Notes: generated by a model from the letters alone, not told the origin. DNA of 64,000 nt from Macrostomum hystrix (GCA_950097015.1 CATNEN010000002.1:4588001-4652000), one strand, 5' to 3'. Positions 25,529 through 38,159 are shown, counted from the first letter of the stretch. Numbers and translations: made by a program.

Positions 25529-27316
25529 GAAAGTGTTAGCTGAATTCTAAAGTTATTTTGCTGACTAGCGAACCGGAATTTTCGCGAGCTTAAGCCACGA
25601 AAAATCTCAGCAACTACGTTAAAAATCTCCGTGTGCAGTTGAGCTTTATCAGCAATTTTTTCTTTTGGGTGCCTTATCTCAACTGCTAGTGTTGACATTA
25701 GCTTTGAAACTACACAAATCATTTTTACGGCTTGTGGCAGAGAAAAAACAGAACAGGTAGAGATAGATATGCCTCGCAACGGCGATAGAAACGGCTTAAC
25801 ACACCTCTGACGAAGTGCTCATTCTGATTTGCTTAGAATTGTTTTCGGACGACTGTGGCGGACTGAGTCGATAGTGAAGTCACAACACCCTCTGCCGCGG
25901 TCGCCCCGCAGCTCGACTCGAATTCGCGGCTGAGTCTTGTCATCATTGACCAGAGTCTTTCGTGTCTTTCGGATCTTTTCGTCCATCGATAACTGATGCG
26001 AAAGCTGTTTAATATAGCTCAGACTAGTTGCTACACCTTCTTCCACGGCTTTTTATCGCTTGAGATCCGTTTCCATCAGGAGACCGCTCTCCATGTTGCA
26101 ACCAACATTTACTAGGACGATGTCTGTCTGTATGTTTCATCTGAGTTACACACTTGAATCACTGGTAATTTCGCTAGAATGAGCTATTCTTGAGCTTGGC
26201 CATTCCGTTCTGAGGCTATTGCTGGTGGGTCCTTATGTTCAGGTGCGCGCTAAAAGCAAATTATTTCTATACGAAAAGTTTTACAAGTACAGTGCACACA
26301 AATATGGAGGGAGTGACTGAACGTATTTTGAATAAACGAACTACGTCTAAAAATAGTCTACAGAAATTTAGTGCAGTTTTAAATTGATGTCGAAATCGGC
26401 GAAACCTTGAGAGCCTACAAATCATGTGAGTAGAGAGCTTGAAGAGTGTGCGGTAGCCAAAATTGTTTTAAAGTTCAGCAGAATTTTACATGAGTACTTT
26501 CTTGTTGATGTACAGTGTCTAACCTAGAGAGCCTCACGCCAAGTGAGCAAGGATATCAGGTATTCCTAGAAAATGGATAACTCAGTTATCGTTTCGAATT
26601 TCAACTGAAGCAGTATTTAAAAAATTATGAGTTTGTTGATGACGAGTTTCAATATGGCAGTCTTATACATGAGCTGCTTCAACTACCTTTTCTGACTGAA
26701 GGATGTTTCTTAGGTTCTATGGTTTTTAGGAGCAGGGGTGTCTCATGATGCCATGATGCGGCCCCCCCCCGAACCGTAAAATAGTACAGTTTAAGGACAG
26801 TACCTTCAGTTTTTTTGCAATTCTATCATTATTCCTATTAGATAAGAGTTTTGCATATGCCCAAATCTAGCATTCATTAGGAATTTGTTGCTAGGAGTAG
26901 TGGCGAAATAATAAAAACTCAGGAGCATGAGATTTATAACCAAAATAGGAGCGATTAGTGGAGCCAACCTTTTCACAGCGATAATTTTTACTGTGGAGTA
27001 ATAAAACCACTAACAAAAGACTTGCGGTAGTAAGAACCTAGCATTCCAACGAAAAGCACAGCATTCTTAAAGTTAGGTGAATAGTGCCAGGAAGGTTCGC
27101 AGTCAGCGCCGGATAGGTGAGACGATTAGGCCGAGCGCAGTCACCAAAGCACCGATTATGGCCATTAGGCCGTAAAGGTCCTGAAGAAGGTGGGCCCAGC
27201 GAAGGAGGTCCAGTCGGCTGGCTGGGAGCCCATTCATGCCTGCGGGTAGAGAGGTTAAAGAAGTGGTAGATTGGAGGAGGGTGCCCTCATAGTCAAACAG
27301 TTGCTTCTGAAACGGC

Positions 27317-27477
27317 TCTTGCCGGCTCTCGAACTCTGACATGGCACAGGAGTTCTCCTTACTACTGTAGAACTGGATCAGCTCGTCTTTGATGCTCTTG
27401 TAGCACTTCCTCTTTTCCTGTGCCAAGTCCCACACAATACAAGCGCTTGACCAGATAGCAGCAGTTTGATTTGAGAG
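27317..27477 (-). mobile_element. Isolated gag fragment of the same Ty3/gypsy family as 28132-29681
   Basis: Near-identical to 29213-29374 (WDLAQEKRKCYKSIKDELIQFYSSKENS..AMSEFESRQ). Confidence 0.75.
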
Positions 27478-28131
27478 AAAAGAGGCAAGTGTCCGACTTA
27501 CGCATAGCTTCCTCCATCTCTCATTGCGCATTGTTGCTGACGGCCACTGACACCGTGGAGGCCGTCGGGGTTGTGGTGCTGGCCGTCGTGCTGCAAGGTG
27601 CTGCTGGCTCTGCAGTGTCGACGTGATCTGGTCTGGGAGCTGTTCCGGCGCCGGATGATCCATCACGATAGGCGAAGGCGCAGTAAGAAGGTAGTGTAGC
27701 CTGCACGTCTTACCGATGATTTTTTCCAGTCTCGTGTGACGTAGCCACGGAAAAGCTATTGCAGAACATATAGTTTTCAATAACTATATACCCATTTCGT
27801 CTTATTTTGGTCTTGCTTTTGGTCTCACCTGCTAGTTTTATTACGAAGATTTGATAACACTAGCCAAAAACAACAGAACAGGAAGAGATAGATATGCCTC
27901 ACAACGGCTCAGAAATGGCTAGCAAACCTCAGACGAAGTTGTCAGACGAGGCTTAGTTGCTTTCAAGAACCGTTTCAGAATTTCAAAAAGTTAAAATATA
28001 TTTCATGAAAAAGCAATGCAAAAGTATAGTTTACTTAGTATAAATTATAAAATACAGAAATAAAATGTTTGAGTTTTTAACAAAATGATCGGATGTCTAA
28101 TTTATTTGCTACTGATCAAGGAAAATGGAAC

Positions 28132-29681
28132 TATAAGTGGTGAGTGACTGTGCACTAGCACTTTATAGATTTGCTACGACGTGCTGTTTACAAATGCTAT
28201 ATCGTCTCAGTGTACATCTCTAGTGTATATCTGCTAAGAACACTGAGGCCAAATATATACTCGCCAACTCGGGCTTATGCCGCTTCGTGACTTTCTTAGC
28301 AGGTCTTCGACAAACTGGCGTTGCGTCTCGCACAGCTCAGGGTTGATGTTGAACTCAGCCTCCTCTTCAACAGGCCTACCTCCTGGGCCTAGAAGCTCCG
28401 ATGGCTGCCGATGGAAGTTGCCGATGGCTTGGTTTCGATGCAGCACCACCGAGTCGGCACTCAGGTTCCAGACGCCCATTTGCAGGCTGCCGTCCGCGCT
28501 GGAGACCACCAGCGCCCTAGTGGGCAGCAGGCCGGTCCTGTTCACGAAGTCTGAGCTCGGCTCAGACAAGCCCAGCTCGGCACAGACAAGCCCAGCTCGG
28601 CAGACGACAGTACCTTGACTGGGATGATGACGCGGCTGCGAGCGGGGATGGTCACGGCGGTGGGTACCACTCGGCAGGCTAGCTTTGGGGTCGGGTCAGT
28701 GAGGAGAGGTATTGTAGCTGACCCGATCTGGACCGAACTATTTCGGAGATCCACACTAAAGCTCGAGCACAACTTTCTGATGGCGTCTGAGCAAGCACGC
28801 ATTCTGGCTGAATGTCTGCTTGAAGGCTTGCAGTCAGTCCAGCTGTATTTCCAGTGTCGCACTCGTCGGAGAATTCAAGCGTCGACCATCGATACCGACC
28901 GGAGTGCTCAGAGGCGGATGAAGCTGAGCGGCAATTCCCAGAGCACGAAGCAAAGCGGCTGATACAAGCGTCACCTGCGCGCCGGTGTCGAACAGCCATC
29001 TGCACCAGCGATGCTGCCGGGCAGGCAGTTTTGGCCTTGCCTCCAGTGCGGCCGCGCGGTCCGCCAGCTGTTCCGGGCTGCGTTTGCTTCAATCGGAGTC
29101 CTTCAGCAGCGCCTGGCGAATGTCCTTTGGCAGTAGGGCCAGCAGTCGGTGTCTTACTTCGCAGTCTCTCACCTCCTGGCTGTGTTCGGGGCGTGCCTTC
29201 CGGTACAGAAGCCTTGCCGGCTCTCGAACTCTGACATGGCACAGAAGGAGTTCTCCTTACTACTGTAGAACTGGATCAGCTCGTCTTTGATGCTCTTGTA
29301 GCACTTCTTCTTTTCCTGTGCCAAGTCCCACACAATAAAAGCGCTTGACCAGATAGCAGCAGTTTCATTTGAGAGCCATCTGGGCATCATCCCACTTTGA
29401 GTCTTCGGCGAGATCCTCGAGCAACTGCAGCCACATATTGATGTCTGTGTCGTCTGCGCCTGAGAACTTCGGAGGCAAAAGTGCATTCGCGTGCGCCATG
29501 AGTGAGCCGGTTTGCGGCTGAGACCGCTGCCACCAGTGTAAACTTAGGTGGAAGACGCGATGTTTGCGAGAAAAGAAAGTCACGAAGCGGCATAAGCCCA
29601 AGTTGGCTAGTATATATTTGGCCTCAGTGTACATAGCAGATCTACACTAGAGATGTACACTGAGACGATGTACCACTTACA
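28132..29681 (-). mobile_element. Internally deleted Ty3/gypsy-like LTR retroelement with inverted LTRs
   Basis: Minus-strand LTR 29681-29537 (TGTAA...TTACA). PBS TGGTGGCAGCGGT at 29535-29523, complementary to the tRNA-Leu 3' end. Frameshifted gag from ATG 29499 (LLPPKFSG..DINMWL..LEDLA...W.D.QMALK). Pol-linker-like remnant (ACRVVPTAVTIPARSRVIIPV...FNINPEL). Inverted LTR copy at 28132-28297. GAAC on both flanks. Confidence 0.82.
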
Positions 29682-29806
29682 GAACGATGATAGAACAAAA
29701 TCTAGTCAAGCAAATATCAAACAGTCACTGGATGGTTTGCTAATCACAATCGTTAAAATACATGGCGGCTTCTATCAAAGGATTCGGCAAGGGTATCATC
29801 GATTCA

Positions 29807-32800
29807 TCAGAATGTGTCCGGTTCAGGTGACATAAATGACGTTTCACATTCGTTATCTGAAAGTGAGTTTTGTAGTCGGTATTGTTTTTTTAGCAGAAAT
29901 ACACACATGAACGAAATTCTACTGACAGTGTCACACCAAGTACGAGTGATAAGTTGTTGTGCATTTGTAAGCACAAGTTCCTGCACCTCTTCCCAAGGAC
30001 TATGCTTGGCTAAGTGTTGTTCCGAACTCAATACTGACACTTACATTGTACCTCCTTGCCAGGATTCACTTCGTATTTTGACGGCCTTTTCAAACGTTCC
30101 AATAAGGTTCGACGAATCACGGCCGCGAACACGAGGCCAACGCTAATGAGCAGAGCGCTGGTCAGAATGATGCCAATCCGAGAGAAACTGTCACCTTATG
30201 CAAGGTAAATGAAGGGCTTGTTGCAGCTTTTGAGAAAGGCGCATATATGTCCCATGTTCAAGTTGATCGAACTATCACTGTCCTTTCACATTCTAGATAG
30301 ATAAGCAATGGCGCCTACTCATGTGACTGCTTAACACATATTACACCTGCCCATTTGAGCACAGCAGCAGCTATTGCACGACGCATCTGAATGCTGCGTT
30401 CGGCTGTTCAGTCCATGGACTGGGGAGACGCCACACCCATCGTCGATTACCCCCCCCCAGTTAATGACAAAAAACATTTAACCATATAAGCTATTTGAGT
30501 CATGCTAACGTGCGCAAGTAGTTTCATAAAGACAGAAATCGAATCCGCGACCTTTAACTACATGAGTCTGACGTTCTAACCACTATAAGCTACATTCCAT
30601 GTGACAGGTGACATGAGTATGGCGTAGATTGGTCAGCTATGGAGCAGGTGGCGTGGGATTTTCTAGGATTGATTGTTCACAAAATCTAAAACAATCTCTT
30701 ATCACCTGCTTCCATGGCTCACCAATCTGTGTACTGCACTTATGGTACTTGCTCGATAGTTCACAAATCTACGTGTAGCTAGCTCATGTCACCTGTCACA
30801 GTTAGTCTATCGAACGGACTCAGTTTTTTGTTAGGCTAGCAACAATGCACGATACCCAGCTGCTCACTCACTGCTGAACTGGAAGCAGGCATTGTCCTCA
30901 TTGTCAGGCGACTCGTCGCTGCCATCAGGACACTGCTGAAGTCCATCGCAGGCCGCCGACCTCGGGATGCAGATACGGCTGTCGCGACATTTTAACTCGT
31001 CGCAGTTGCGAGCTGTTACAAAGGCGGATTTTTCGTAGGGATATATTAATAAATGATAATGATTTACAAGACAGACTGTTGGTACTAACGCATCATTTGG
31101 CGACAGTCGACCAGCAATCAGCGAGGAGCCAATTCTGACCGTTCCTCAAGAGCAATCAAAAAATTGAGGCAAAAACTATTTGCTAGCTACGCTACTTCTA
31201 ACGTGAAGTGATTTGCGAGTAGTGCTGGCTTTTTTATCAACCCGAGTGTATTGAGATCGATTTTGCCATAGACTATGTTTCTCGCTTGTCTTTCCTTCCA
31301 TCTATCCCATCTATTTGATGCCCAGTGTATAATAACTCAGCTTAGTTGCCTGCGTTCCTTAGAATAAATCACAGAATACAATATTGCTGCATCGCACTTG
31401 ACTGACGGCTACTTTATTCTGCCGTGCAGTGGCAGAAGGATGGAGATGGTTTTCGACCAAATTTGCAATATGCAGGACTCGATAAGAGTATGGAAGGGAA
31501 TCAGTATCAGTGCCAGAGTCCAGCCTGCAGCACAAGCAGCTGCTGCAACTGAGCTTCATCTACACAACAGTGAGCACACAAATGAATGGCTTTCATCTCT
31601 CTCACATTTGTACACACGCCTGCGGTTACATCACTGGTGCAAAGCTCAACAGGCATTACTTCGAGCTGCCAGGAAGCGCGGAGCTCCGAGTACGAGTACA
31701 GCTTCAGCAGAACAACGAAAGCTGGGGCGCCTGTTATCCGCTAAATTATAGGATGCCTGTTGTTTGATGCTTAAACTGCTGCTCATGTTGCTGTTTCTAA
31801 ACTGTTCTAGTTTGCAAATTTCATGTTCAATTTTTATGTACAGCTATATCACGTACCCAATTGCTTAAACTGCTGCTCATTCTGCTGTTTCTTAACTGTT
31901 CTAGTTTGCGTTGAATGCTCACAAATAATATCTGCATTTTTATGTCGCTACAGCTGCATATATATTCAATCGGGCCTCTCTGTCCATAAAAAGTTCCAAC
32001 TTCCAAAGAACTTCCAAAGTTCCAAAGGGTGACTACTTCTCAAATTTTAGTACTACTTAACTCTTCTTCACCTCAGGAGTAGTGTCTATGGCTTTATATT
32101 TCGGCTTTAGATTTTGAAGCTGATTGAGCATTCTGGTGTATTCTGTGGGGTAAAGATTGTATTGGTAGCGAGCTTTTTGCCATAGATATTACCCGCTGCT
32201 AGAGAGGGGTCTGAGGTGAGTGGGCGAAGACCCCAAACTCTAACTGAGTCTAACCATAGACAAATTTTATCTGCTGTAAATTGTTTCGGACTCAAAGGAG
32301 AGATGTTTAGATACCTAGCAAAAAGTACTATTAATAAATCTTGTAATCGTAAAACAGTCATAATAATGAATATTCAGTGTCAGTACAACATCACGACGCG
32401 TCAAAACAACACAGATTGCTGCCTCTGACACGAACACGAGCTTTCTAAAATTAATCCGCTTTTGAGCTGCTTTTCGGGGGACAAAAGAGGCAGCCACTCA
32501 TACATGCAGGCTGGGCACACAGCAATGTTATCGATTCCATTCCACTTTCTCCATGGCTTAGTATGGGGGGCTTTCCACCAGCTTTTCCTCGTCCGATCTC
32601 AATCAATCGATTTGACTAGCTGTCCTTTGTCTCGGTGTCAGTGGGGAATTAATCCTTCTGAGCGCAATAATTAGCCAAAATCAAAGGTCACATGTGAAAG
32701 CCTTCTTTTATACAAAACAGTAAGCCAATACATGTTTCAAGCTAGTAAGTAGACAATAAACTGCTACTGACGAGATCAAATTATGCTACCACCACTAGTT

Positions 32801-35800
32801 TATAATGTCTCCCGTGTCTCATCTCCTCCGTTATATCTCTCCCCATTTCATCTCTCCCCCGTCTCATCTCTCCTCTGTCTCATCTCTCCCTGTCTCATCT
32901 CTCCCTGTCCCATCTCTCCCCATTTCATCTCTCCCCCGTCTCATCTCTCCACTGTCTCATCTCTCCCTGTCTCATCTCTCCCTGTCCCATCTCTCCCCAT
33001 TTCATCTCTCCCCCGTCTCATCTCTCCTCTGTCTCATCTCTCCCTGTCTCATCTCTCCCTGTCTCATCTCTCCTCATTTCATCTCTCCCCCGTCTCATCT
33101 CTCCTCTGTCTCATCTCTCCCTGTCTCATCTCTCCCTGTCTCATCACTCCCTGTCTCATCTCTCCCAGCTCTCCCATCTCTCCCAGCTGTCTCGCCTCTC
33201 CCTGTCTCAACTCTCCTGTCTCATCTCTCCCTGTCTCATCTCTCCCTGTCTCATCACTCCCTGTCTAATCTCTCCCTGTCTCATCTCTCCCTGTCTCATC
33301 TCTCCCAGCTGTCTCATCTCTCCCAGCTGTCTCATCTCTCCCTGTCTCATCTCTCCCAGCTGTCTCATCTCTCCCAGCTGTCTCATCTCTCCCAGCTGTC
33401 TCATCTCTCCCAGCTGTCTCATCTCTCCCAGCTGTCTCATCTCTCCCTGTCTCATCTCTCCCTGTCTCATCTCTCCCTGTCTCATCTCTCCCAGCTGTCT
33501 CATCTCTCCCAGCTGTCTCATCTCTCCCTGTCTCATCTCTCCCAGCTGTCTCATCTCTCCCTGTCTCATCTCTCCCTGTCTCATCTCTCCCAGCTGTCTC
33601 ATCTCTCCCTGTCTCATCTCTCCCTGTCTCATCTCTCCCTGTCTCATCTCTCCCTGTCTCATATCTCCCTATCTCATCTCTCCCTGTCTCATCTCTCCCA
33701 GCTGTCTCATCTCTCCCAGCTGTCTCATCTCTCCCAGCTGTCTCATCTCTCCCAGCTGTCTCATCTCTCCCTGTCTCATCTCTCCCTGTCTCATCTCTCC
33801 CTGTCTCATCTCTCCCAGCTGTCTCATCTCTCCCAGCTGTCTCATCTCTCCCAGCTGTCTCATCTCTCCCTGTCTCATCTCTCCCTGTCTCATCTCTCCC
33901 TGTCTCATCTCTCCCAGCTGTCTCATCTCTCCCAGCTGTCTCATCTCTCCCTGTCTCATCTCTCCCAGCTGTCTCATCTCTCCCTGTCTCATCTCTCCCT
34001 GTCTCATCTCTCCCAGCTGTCTCATCTCTCCCTGTCTCATCTCTCCCTGTCTCATCTCTCCCTGTCTCATCTCTCCCTGTCTCATATCTCCCTGTCTCAT
34101 CTCTCCCTGTCTCATCTCTCCCAGCTGTCTCATCTCTCCCAGCTGTCTCATCTCTCCCAGCTGTCTCATCTCTCCCAGCTGTCTCATCTCTCCCTGTCTC
34201 ATCTCTCCCTGTCTCATCTCTCCCTGTCTCATCTCTCTCTGTCTCATCTCTCCCTGTCTCATCTCTCCCTGTCTCATCTCTCCCAGCTCTCCCATCTCTC
34301 CCAGCTGTCTCATCTCTCCCAGCTGTCTCATCTCTCCCAGCTGTCTCATCTCTCCCAGCTGTCTCATCTCTCCCTGTCTCATCTCTCCCTGTCTCATCTC
34401 TCCCTGTCTCATTTCCCTTCTATGCGATCTGCCCAGTGTCGTAAATCTCATATATGAGACAAAAAAGTTTGCCAAACTCATGCTCTGCATGAACTCACGC
34501 CGGTAGAAGGCGGTCCCAGTGAGCAGTCGGACTCCAGTGTGAATATCCGAGTTCTGCTGAAACTCTTCAGGTTCTGCGCTCGGCTCGCTTTGGGTGAATA
34601 CCCGGATCATTGTGCTTGTCTGCAGGACTCTGGGCCGCCAGCTGCACAGGGATAGTGTTTTCTGAGAGTGGCAGTTTTCGGAGTGATTTGTCACTGAGTT
34701 GTCATGGAATCATGGAGTCAGAGAAAGCACTCACATTGAGGATCAGGTCTTCAATCTGAACGGACAGCTGGCACAGGAAGTGTCTGTTGTTGATGATGAA
34801 CACGAAGTTCTCAGACCTGGACCGGAACTCCGCATCCGGGGTCAGGTTCACCGAGCAGGCTGGGCCCTCAGCTGACGTCACAGACTGGACAGCGGTTGAT
34901 GAAGACGAGTCGTTCAGTTCAAATGTGACGGCGGAGGCTTCCACCGAGACCCAACTGCAGTTGGGCTGGTGAGCTGATAGGAAAACTGCGAAAATTGTTT
35001 TATGGCGGAGGAAATTGGGGCGATATTTTGATAATAGGGGGTGATTATAGGGGCCTAGTGATAGGGGGTAATTTTCCAACTGGGGCTAGATACTTTTCTA
35101 TGTGGGACTTTAAGAGAACTTTTTACCTAATGCGAGTGCGTAGATGATGTAGCCAAATCGCTAGAGCATCGCACTTATGACTTAAAGGTCGGGGGTTCGA
35201 TTCCCGACTCCACTGGAACAATTGGTGTCATTTAGCAAGTATATTCTTAACACTATATTGCTTCACTTCACCCAGCTGTTAAATGGGTACCAGCATCAGC
35301 TGGGGTAATTGAGGATGGGCTGATGAAACCAGTCCATGGACTGAACAGCCGTACGAAGCCTTTTGATGCGCCGCGCAATAGCTGCAGCTGTGCTGTCGGC
35401 TGCACATCCGGCCCAATCGGGGCAGGTGTAATCAGGTATTATATTTATAAATAGTTAAAATTAATTATTACCAAATAATTCGGGTTCTCATTTGCTCACA
35501 ATTGTTGTCGTACTCTAGTCGTTTATGTTTCTAAGAAACCCAACCGAAGGTTCTCATGATCTATATCAAAGTATTTTTGCGAAAGCATATACAAAATTCA
35601 GATCGTTATAACTACGACGTAATTACATTGTTTGGATTCGCTCCGAGTAGTATTAAACGAATACCCGCATTTGACACTAGATGAATACAATTGCACACTC
35701 TGTTTATGGCCTCTAGTTTTTAGGCTTCTAGTAAAGCAAATCTGATAGTCAAACACAAACAAATGATAACCCAACATTCAACGGAATGAATCCTTTGTGA

Positions 35801-37009
35801 TTCAATCCAGGGATTGTCTAGTTTATCTTTGCGTACAGTGAATGCGTGGAATATCGAATGTCGTAAATGAAAACTGCATTTGTGTACTTTAATGGCAGGT
35901 TCCATTGCAATAATAACAGGGCAAGCTAAACCTACCATCTACCATCTAAGGTAGTCTCTGCCTTTGATCTTGCCGCGGCCTTCTGATTGGTCCAATATCT
36001 GACACTCTATGGGCGTCTTTCTCCCGCTTATCTACCCACCCCGGTCGTATCTTATTGAATTTGCAATCCTTGCACTACTTCAAACCTAGTAAACAGTAGT
36101 AAACAGTCTACACAATGCTTTTATGGGATTTTCGTGACACTTAAATTGAACTAACAGATTGGATTCATTTTTTCATGGATTAAAAATGAAAAAAAACAAG
36201 AGTGATTCACAATTTCTTAAATGTTTTACGTTAAACGGCAATAAATAGCTGCGTTAGACTGCCTTCACAGTCCACGAACTGAAGTGCTGTACACAGCTTT
36301 ATTAACGGTAAACAATGTCGCTAATTGGCACGAGCACTATTTTTTGTTTCCTGCGTTAGAATCCTGCTTTTTCGAAAAGAAAAACCAAAGATTCACTTTT
36401 AAAAGTGTGCATTTATTGGGACCAACTCATCATCCTTCTCAGAGTCAAAGCGATGCTGCTGCTGCAACTGTATAACTGAAGAGGTCATACTGAAGAGGGC
36501 ATGAGCAGAAGACTCATTGTTTGTTTTCAACGGCAACGCGCTTAATTATAGGGAGCAGGAGGATAGAGATAGGACTTTGGCTGCTTGAGGCCATCCCGCG
36601 ATATTATAGTGTATTAGTGAGCATAGGGGAGTTTGTCCTGACTTGCCTAGAGGGACACAAAAGGCCCCTCGTTATTGTTGTAGCCTCAGGGTGGCAGGCC
36701 GCTATACTCGTACAATCAGAGAGGCTGAGTCTGTTATGACAGTTTTTGAGCAGCAATCTCAAAGCTAATAATAGAATTGGCTTTGTCGTGTGTTAAACTA
36801 ACGAAGCCTAGGTCCGTGCAGAAAGCACTTTTCCATTGCTTATTATCAATACTAGCCAAACTTAATGTTGCTAAACCTGCGTGACACAGAACAGAACTCT
36901 AACATCCCTAAATCGATAAAATCAATTTAATCAATTACTCACGTCGAATTGAAGCTCCCAAAGTGAATAGTTGGCAGCAGCAGGTGAGAAGCACAGTTAC
37001 ACCTGCCAT
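29807..37009 (-). CDS. Single-pass membrane protein: signal peptide, CUB-like domain, LDL-receptor class A repeat, TM, short tail; about 269 aa
   Basis: Exons 37009-36943 (MAGVTVLLTCCCQLFTLGASIR), 34973-34735, 34661-34499, 31012-30872 (CDELKCRDSRICIPRSAACDGLQQCPDGSDE, a clear LDLa), 30194-30045 (TM IGIILTSALLISVGLVFAAVI), 29856-29807. All splice phases match. The CUB call is weaker than the LDLa and TM calls. Mostly missed by the ORF track. Confidence 0.8.
30340..30592 (-). mobile_element. tRNA-derived SINE-like element, copy 2
   Basis: tRNA-like head (GTAGCTTATAGTGGTTAGAACG...GGTCGCGGATTCGAT). The 3' tail matches 35330-35430 (CCAGTCCATGGACTGAACAGCCG...GCAATAGCTGC...GGCAGGTGTAAT). Confidence 0.62.
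30600..30800. mobile_element. MITE-like palindromic element with perfect 18-bp terminal inverted repeats (TGTGACAGGTGACATGAG)
   Basis: TIRs at 30600-30617 and 30783-30800, plus inner imperfect inverted repeats. No TSD recognised. Confidence 0.62.
32800..34412. repeat. Pyrimidine-rich 15/18-bp minisatellite (TCTCATCTCTCCCTG / TCTCATCTCTCCCAGCTG)n in an intron of the CUB-LDLa gene
   Basis: Source of the SHLSL/SHLSQL and GEMRQ ORFs. Confidence 0.96.
35146..35435 (+). mobile_element. tRNA-derived SINE-like element, copy 1
   Basis: A-box-like GTAGCCAAATCGCTAGAGC and B-box GGTTCGATTCC. Central CACCCAGCTGTTAAATGGGTACC resembles conserved domains of metazoan SINE superfamilies. Tail shared with 30340-30420. 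Confidence 0.7.
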
Positions 37010-38159
37010 GGGGTTTCGATGCAAACGCATTTTCGCGTGTTTCAGCTCAGCAGTCTTCGTCACACTAAAGTAGTGATTAGAATCACAGCTGGGTGCAAGC
37101 GTCCGTTGAGTTTCATCCTCCTACCTACAGCCCACTGATTTTATAAGTAGGAAATTGCTGGCCAATAGCGGGTTGGTTTAAAGCTATTGGCCTATGCAGA
37201 TCCCACAACAGAAGAAAAACCACGGGTAGGTATTTCAAATACCGATTGCCCAGCTCCCAAGACGAATGACCGATTTTCGAGAAAGTCCACCATATAGATC
37301 AAAACTTTACGCACTTGGCGATGAACTAACTTCAAAGCCGTCTCATTGTCGAAATGTTTAATATCTCGACAATGCCGATGTCTTTTGTGATTTTGGAAGA
37401 AGTTGTTTCATCAGATAGTGCGGAAAATTTTAGCCCGTGTTTTGAATTTTCATGGCGACTGGCTGAATATTTTGGGAGACACTGAAAAAATGTGGTTATT
37501 TGGTATTTAACTGTTATTCCGTAGTTATTGATCCAAAAAATGAAACTGATCATAAATGACGAATGGTCAAATTTTGAATTCGCGCGCTAGAGCAGATGGC
37601 CGGTTGTCGGTTTGAAAATTCTCTATCCCAGAGTAACGAATAGCAAATCGAATATGATTTAGTTGATAAGAACTCAGGACCGGCTGTAGAATGAAATATT
37701 TACGAATAAATTCCATAGGTAGAGAAAGATGAGGCATTGCTAATGCTTTTGGTCGAATAGAATAGGCTCGAGTCAGCGCTACTCATGTGTATGCACCAGT
37801 TTTGACTCAGGGAATCAGGACCCACTGATCCCAATCCCGAACGCTACCACCCCATCCTACTCCTGCAAGCTGCCCTGCCGGAACCATCATTAATCTTCCC
37901 CCTCCAGCTCCCTTCCAGACCACAGATTTATCTATCTGCGCCCATCGGTCCTGCACTTCTACGTCCACACTCCACTGGGGGGTGAATTTCCTCATCCTGC
38001 TTCATTCCCCATCCATAAAATCTGAAATCCCAAATACTGCACTTGTACCCTTTACGTTAAATGGACAATCAATGTTGTTTGACATTTCGAAATATTGTAG
38101 CAAAGCAACACAATACTGCCTTCATTCGGGTGTTCAGTACTCGAGAAACACGGCTTTTG

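Noticed and set aside
26740-26775. CAGGGGTGTC...GCGGCCCCCC hAT-like terminus
   Set aside because: No partner TIR, TSD or transposase found.
27103-27780. 225-aa ORF as a genuine gene
   Set aside because: Chimeric: contains a gag fragment and an internal splice donor, with no recognisable domain.
28132-29681. DIRS retroelement or DNA-transposon MITE interpretation of the inverted ends
   Set aside because: A tRNA PBS, TG..CA LTR ends and a TSD fit Ty3/gypsy. DIRS elements lack a PBS and usually a TSD. No transposase or tyrosine recombinase is seen.
31398-32660. Short ORFs that might be transposase or reverse-transcriptase relics
   Set aside because: No recognisable catalytic motifs; lies inside an intron.
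32805-34694. 550-aa SHLSL ORF and GEMRQ ORFs
   Set aside because: Intronic minisatellite. Only 34661-34499 of the minus ORF is a true exon, ending at a GTGAGT donor.
35146-35215. Functional tRNA gene
   Set aside because: A and B boxes are present, but there is no proper acceptor stem or terminator, and it runs into a SINE body.
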